Assembly: GCA_038087875.1 (NCBI GenBank)
Contig: CM075993.1
Span: 3,846,001-3,910,000, forward strand
Origin: Malacoraja senta
Taxonomy: Eukaryota
DNA length: 64,000 nt
Direction of reading: 5' to 3'
Of this stretch, positions 1-64,000 are shown in pieces (position 1 is the first letter of the stretch; every line of letters begins with the position of its first letter). A program made the translations under genes and the position numbers. The notes below the pieces were generated by a model that worked only from the letters and a program-made list of their open reading frames with translations, was not told the origin of the DNA and ran no database searches.

Positions 1-1924
1 TATCCACCCGTCTCTATTGCTAGCCTTTCATTTCGTTAAGAGCTTGCAATTTCTGATTGGGTTGGATTTTCATATCTGGAGCATAAAGCAATGGACAGGA
101 CGAGAGGAATAGATCGGGTAGATGCACAGAGTCTCTTGCCCAGAGTAGGGGAATCGAGGACTAGAGGACATAGGTTCAAGGTGAAGGGGAAAAGACTTAA
201 TAAGAATCTGAGGGGTAACTTTTTCACACAAAGGGCGGTGGGTGTATGGAACGAGCTGCTGGAGGAGGTAGTTGAGGCTGGGACTATCCCAACATTTAAG
301 AAAACAGTTAGCATTCGCGGAGGGAGTGGACAGGCGCCGTTTTGGGTCTGGACAATTCCTCAGCAGTTTGAGTTTATTTGTTGTTCCTCGTGAATCCAGC
401 ATCTGTAGTCTCCTGTGCGCTTCCACCTCTACAGGTTTCAGCGCTGTTTTACAGGGAATTGTGAAGTTTTAGGGCAAATTGTGGAATTCCCTGCCACAGA
501 GGGCAGTGGAGGCCAAATCACTGGATGGATTCAAGAGAGAGTTAGATACAGCTCTAGGGGCTAGTGGAGTCAAGGGATATGGGGAGAAGGCAGGCACGGG
601 TTATTGATTGGGGACGATCAGCCATGATCACAATGAATGGCGGTGCTGGCTCGAAGGGCCGAATGGCCTCCTATTTTCTATGTTTCTATGTAAATTAACC
701 AGTGGTTAATTTCAACCCATCCACAGTTTGAACCTAAGACAAGCACAAAAAGCTGGCGTAACTCAGCGGGTCAGGCAGCATCTCTGGAGAGAAGGAACAG
801 GTGACCCTTCTTCAGACTGGCCTCGACCCCAAACGTCACCCATTCCCTCTCTCCAGAGATGCTGCCTGTCCCGCTGAGTTACGCCAGCTTTTTGTGTCTA
901 TCTTCGGTTTAAACCAACATCTGCAGTCCCTTTGACATGCAGTTAGCACGGGTCAGACATCAGTTGAAGGAAGTACAACGCCTTCGCTCTATGAGATCCC
1001 TAAAGGCAGGTTAATGGCGATAACAAGAACTCCTATTGACATAACAACAACTTCCCAAAGCTCTTCACATGAGAATCAGATTGGTCTGAAGAAGGGTCTG
1101 GACCCGAAACGTAGATGCTGCCTCACCCGCTGAGTTTCTCCAGCATTTTGTCCACCTGAGAATTAGATATAATCACTTTTACTTTGCAGTCTGAAGAAGG
1201 GTCCCGATCCCAACTGCAGATGTTAGAATCTTGCGCCGAGCAGAAAGTGCTGGAGTAACTCAGCGGGTCAGGCAGCATCTCTGGAGGGAATGGACCCCCC
1301 GACGTTCCTCTTCAGCCGTCGTGGTCATTACCCTCCCGCAGATGCTGACTGACCCAATGAGTTCCCCCAGCACCCAGTATTCCTCGCTCAAACCATCTCT
1401 GACTGCACTGCCTGTTTGAGTTCTCTCGTCAAGTCTTGAGGACGTGTAGCGGGGAATATACAGCGTATTAAAGACAAAAGGGGGGTGTCCTTGGAAACAC
1501 CCAGGAAAGTAGACACAGGAAACTGCAGGTGCTGGACTCCTGAGTGAAAAGAATCAAAGTGCTGGAGGAACTCAGCGGGTCAGGCAGCATCTGTGTGTGG
1601 GTGGGAGGGAGGGAGGGGGGGGGGGCGGGGAGGGGGTCGTTTTCCCAGGAACATCGTCTGTCCACTCCTTCCACAGATACACAGAGATCATTTGAAGGAA
1701 GCACAACGCCTTCGCTCTCTGAGATCCCTAAAGGCAGGTTAATGGCGATACCAACAACTCCTATTGACATAACAAAATCTTCCCAAAGCGCTTCACATGA
1801 GAATTAGATTGGTCTGAAGAAGGGTCTGGGACGGGTGAGGCAGCATCTGTGGATAGACGATGTTCCGGGAAAACGACCCCTCCCACCCCCCCCCCCCCCC
1901 CCCCCCCCTCCCACCCCACACAGA

Positions 1925-2497
1925 TGCTTCTTCCTGAGGAGACTAAAGAAGGTCCATCTGTCTCCTCGGATTCTGGTGAACTTCTACCGCTGCACCATCG
2001 AGAGCATCCTTACCAACTGCATCACAGTATGGTGCGGCAACTGCTCTGTCTCCGACCGGAAAGCACTGCAGAGGGTGGTGAAAATTGCCCAACGTATCAC
2101 CGGTTCCTCACTCCCCACCATTGAGTCTGTCCAAAGCAAGCGTTGTCTGCGAAGGGCGCTCAGCATCGCCAAGGACTGCTCTCACCCCAACCACAGACTG
2201 TTTACCCTCCTACCATCCGGGAGGCGCTACAGGTCTCTCCGTTGCCGGACCAGCAGGTCCAGGAACAGCTCTTCCCTGCGGCGGTTACACTACTCAACAC
2301 TGTACCTCGGTGACTGCCAATCACACCCCCCCCCCCCCCCCGGACACTCCTCCCAACAGGATTTATTAGATTTATTTATTTATTGCTCATATTTATGTCG
2401 CTCTTCTAGGGAGATGCTAACTGCATTTCGTTGTCTCTGTACTGTACACTGCACAATGACAATAAAGTTGAATCTGAATCTGAATCTGAATCTGAAT
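1925..2497 (+). mobile_element. Rex1/Babar LINE 3' fragment
   Basis: FLRRLKK...NFYRCTIESILTNCITVW...LQRVVK motif; (TGAATC)n tail. Related pieces at about 17420-17935 (-) and 43880-44216 (+). Confidence 0.8.
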
Positions 2498-3776
2498 GCT
2501 GCCTGACCCGCTGAGTTCCACTGACGTTTGGTGTGTGACTGCGTAGGTTCCTGGTTGATCTGGTTAGCTCCTACCTCCCAATTCTGTGCTGGAAGGGCAA
2601 ATATCCCTCATTATAGATGGGTGGTGGTGGGAAAAATCACTGAGCTCATGTGGATAGACAGGGGAAAAAATGGGGGGGGGGGGGGAATAGTTTCAATATT
2701 CCAACTTCTACAGATGCAACGTAGAAAGCATTTTTTTATCAGGATGCATCCCAGCTTGGTTTGGGAACAGCTCCATCCAAGACCACAAGAAATTGCAGCG
2801 AATCGTGGACGCAGCCCAGACCATCACACAAACCAACCTCCATTGTATTGAAGGTAGACAAAAGTGCGGGAGAAACTCAGCAGGTGCAGCAGCATCTATG
2901 GAGCGAAGGAAATAGGCAACGTTTCGGCCCGAAACCCTTCCGGGTTTCGTCCCGAAACGTTGCCTATTTCCTTCAGGGTTTCGTCCCGAAACGTTGCCTA
3001 TTTCCTTCGCTCCATAGATGCTGCTGCACCCGCTGAGTTTCTCCAGCACTTTAGTCCTACCTTCGATTTTCCAGCATCTGCAGTTCCTTCTTAAACTCCA
3101 TTGTATTGACTCAATTTATACCTCCCGCTGCCTCGGCGAGGCCAGCAGCATAATCAAGGCTGTCGTACCCTGGCCACTCCCTCTTCCCCCCTCTCCCATC
3201 AGGCAAAAGGCATAGAAGTGTCAAAATGCACACCAGCAGATTCAGGGACAGTTTCTTCCCAGCTGTTATCAGGCAACTGAATCATCCTACCACAACCAGG
3301 GAGCAGTGCTGAACGATCTACCTCTTTGGTGGCCCTTGGACTGTCCGTGATCGGACTTTGCTGGCTTTACCTTGCACTAAACATTATTCCCTTATCATGT
3401 ATCTATACACTGTAAATGGCTCGATTTGTAATCACATATTGTCTTTCCGCTGGCTAAAGACAAGCAACAAAAGCTTTTCACTGCAACTCGGTACACATGA
3501 GAAATAAACTAAATGTTTAAGAAACATTTAAAATAGGTAAATGAATAGGATAGGTTTAGAGGGATATGGGCCAACTGCAGGCAAGTGGGTCTAATGTAGA
3601 TGAGACATGTTGGCTGGTGTGGGCAAGTTGGACAGATGGCCTGTTTCAATGCTGATTACTCTATGACTAATAGGATGGATGGGAATTCTCTAGGCAACCA
3701 TCTCATAACAAGCTTTGTTGCTGGGAAGGAAAATATTTTTTATTGGCAACTGATTATCAATAGTCTGGGGAGACAA

Positions 3777-4405
3777 AACATAGAAACATAGAACCATAGA
3801 AAATAGGTGCAGGAGTAGGCCATTCGGCCCTTCGAGCCTGCACCGCCATTTGATATGATCATGGCTGATCATCCAACTCAGTATCCCATCCCTGCCTTCT
3901 CTCCATACCCCCTGATCCCTTTAGCCACAAGGGCCACATCTAACTCCCTCTTAAATATAGCCAATGAACTGGCCTCAACTACCTTCTGTGGCAGAGAATT
4001 CCACAGATTCACCACTCTCTATGTAAAAAATGATTTCCTCATCTCAGTCCTAAAAGTCTTCCCTCTTATCCTTAAACTGTGACACCTAGTTCTGGACTTC
4101 CCCAACATCGGGAATAATCTTCCTGCATCTAGCCTGTCCAACCCCTTAAGAATTTTGTACGTTTCTATAAGATCCCCCCTCAGTCTTCTGAATTCCAACG
4201 TGTAGAAGCCGAGTCTATCCAGTCTTTCTTCATATGAAAGTCCTGCCATCCCAGGAATCAGTCTGGTGAACCTTCTCTGTACTCCCTCTATGGCAAGAAT
4301 ATCTTTCCTCAGATTAGGAGACCAAAACTGTACGCAATACTCCAGGTGTGGTCTCACCAAGACCCTGTACAACTGCAGTAGAACCTCCCTGCTCTTATAC
4401 TCAAA
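3777..4405 (-). mobile_element. CR1 (HER1-like) LINE 3' fragment
   Basis: [15 protein letters not shown]...[13 protein letters not shown]; (TTCTATGT)n tail. Confidence 0.9.
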
Positions 4406-4623
4406 TCATAAAAAAATGCTGGAGAAACTGAGGCAGCATCTATGGAGTGAAGAAATAGGTGACGTTTCGGGTCGAGACCCTTCTTCAGACAGACTCAATA
4501 GTCTGGGATTAGTTTTGTAAACTATTTGTAACTTGTTACCTCATCAGGATTTCCGTGGATCATTTGTGATTGAAACGGAACAATTCAGAAACAGAAGCGA
4601 AAGCGTTAGATCTCGAAAAGGAC

Positions 4624-62824
<58,201 letters not shown>

Positions 62825-62997
62825 GTACGTCCCTGCTCACCACCAGGTGATAGTCCCGCTATCTCCAGCTAGCCACAACCACAAGGGTTAACTGACAAGG
62901 TAGGCAGTATCACGTAAGGCAGGACTGGGGAACCTTTCCATGTTGGAATGTCGCATTAAGTTAGCTGTAATCTAATAAGGCCGCATCCAGTTGCAAC

Positions 62998-63553
62998 CGC
63001 GTACAGTTTGGGTCTCCAAATCTGAGGAAAGATATTCTTGCCATAGAGGGAGTACAGAGGAGGTTCACCAGACTGATTCCTGGGATGTCAGGATTTCCAT
63101 ATGAAGAAAGACTGGATAGACTCGGCTTGTACTCGCTAGAATTTAGAAGATTCAGGGGGGGTCTTATAGAAACTTACAAAATTCTTAAGGGGTTGGACAG
63201 GCTCGATGCAGAAAGATTGTTCCCGATGTTGGGGAAGTCCAGGACAAGGAGTCACAGTTTAAGGATAAAGGGGAAATCTTTTAGGACCGAGATGAGAAAA
63301 ACATTTTTCACACAGAGAGTGGTGAATCTCTGGAAATCTCTGCCACAGAAGGTAGTGGAGGCCAGTTCATTGGCTATATTTAGGAGGGAGTTAGATGTGG
63401 CCCTTGTGGCTAAAGGGATCAGGAGGTATGGAGAGAAGGCAGGTACAGGATACTGAGTTGGATGGTCAGCCATGATCATATTGAATGGCGGTGCAGGCTC
63501 GAAGGGCCGAATGGCCTACTCCTGCACCTATTTTCTATGTTTCTATGTTTCTA
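62998..63553 (+). mobile_element. CR1 LINE 3' fragment
   Basis: ORF 63085-63456. Confidence 0.9.
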
Positions 63554-64000
63554 TCCAAGAAACTTCAATTAGATTGAGTTAGATAGAATTAGTTGGATAG
63601 AGCTCTGGGGGCTAGTGGAATCAAGGGATTCGGGGGAAAGGCAGGCACGGGTTATTGATTGGGGACGATCAGCCATGATCACAATGAATGGCGGTGTTGG
63701 CTCGAAGGGCCGAATGGCCTCCTCCTGCACCTATTTTCTATGTTTCTGTATACTTCAAAATGTACATTCTTTTGTAAAAATCTAACTACGATGTACTAAC
63801 TTCAAGAAAATGAAAAAAAAATTGTTAATTCTAAAGTTAACTAACCTTTTAATGACTTTGTTGTGACTGCTTTCGAGAGTCTAGAGTCGCATTAGAACTA
63901 AATCAGGTGTTAAAATAGCCCTCATGACTTACTGTTTAAGAAGGAACTGCAGATGCTGGAAAATCGAAGGTAGACAAAAGTGCTGGAGAAACTCAACGGG

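Noticed and set aside
1..4547. Head-to-head DUOXA maturation factor exon or DUOX promoter
   Set aside because: Expected from vertebrate synteny, but I could not identify DUOXA coding sequence or a promoter; the region is mostly repeats.

Overview
Vertebrate genomic DNA, almost certainly a cartilaginous fish, probably a skate or ray (inferred from HER1-like CR1 LINEs and HE1-like V-SINEs). The window holds most of a + strand dual oxidase (DUOX) gene. I traced 28 coding exons by hand from the ATG at 4624 to 62824 (3802 nt, about 1267 codons, all GT-AG, phases consistent). They cover the signal peptide, peroxidase-homology domain, TM0, EF-hands and the ferric-reductase TM domain; most of the FAD/NADPH-binding region lies beyond the window. 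Introns are dense with CR1, L2, L1, Rex1/Babar, Penelope fragments, V-SINEs, PIF/Harbinger MITEs and a hAT MITE. Most notable: (1) a ~135-nt TSD-flanked retroposon in 4 copies whose first ~54 nt fold into a minimal HDV/CPEB3-like self-cleaving ribozyme, with the two sense copies right next to DUOX splice donors; (2) many minimal hammerhead motifs in Penelope-derived inverted repeats; (3) three 1-nt deletions in DUOX coding exon 24 that together restore the frame. Repeat boundaries are approximate and no database searches were run.
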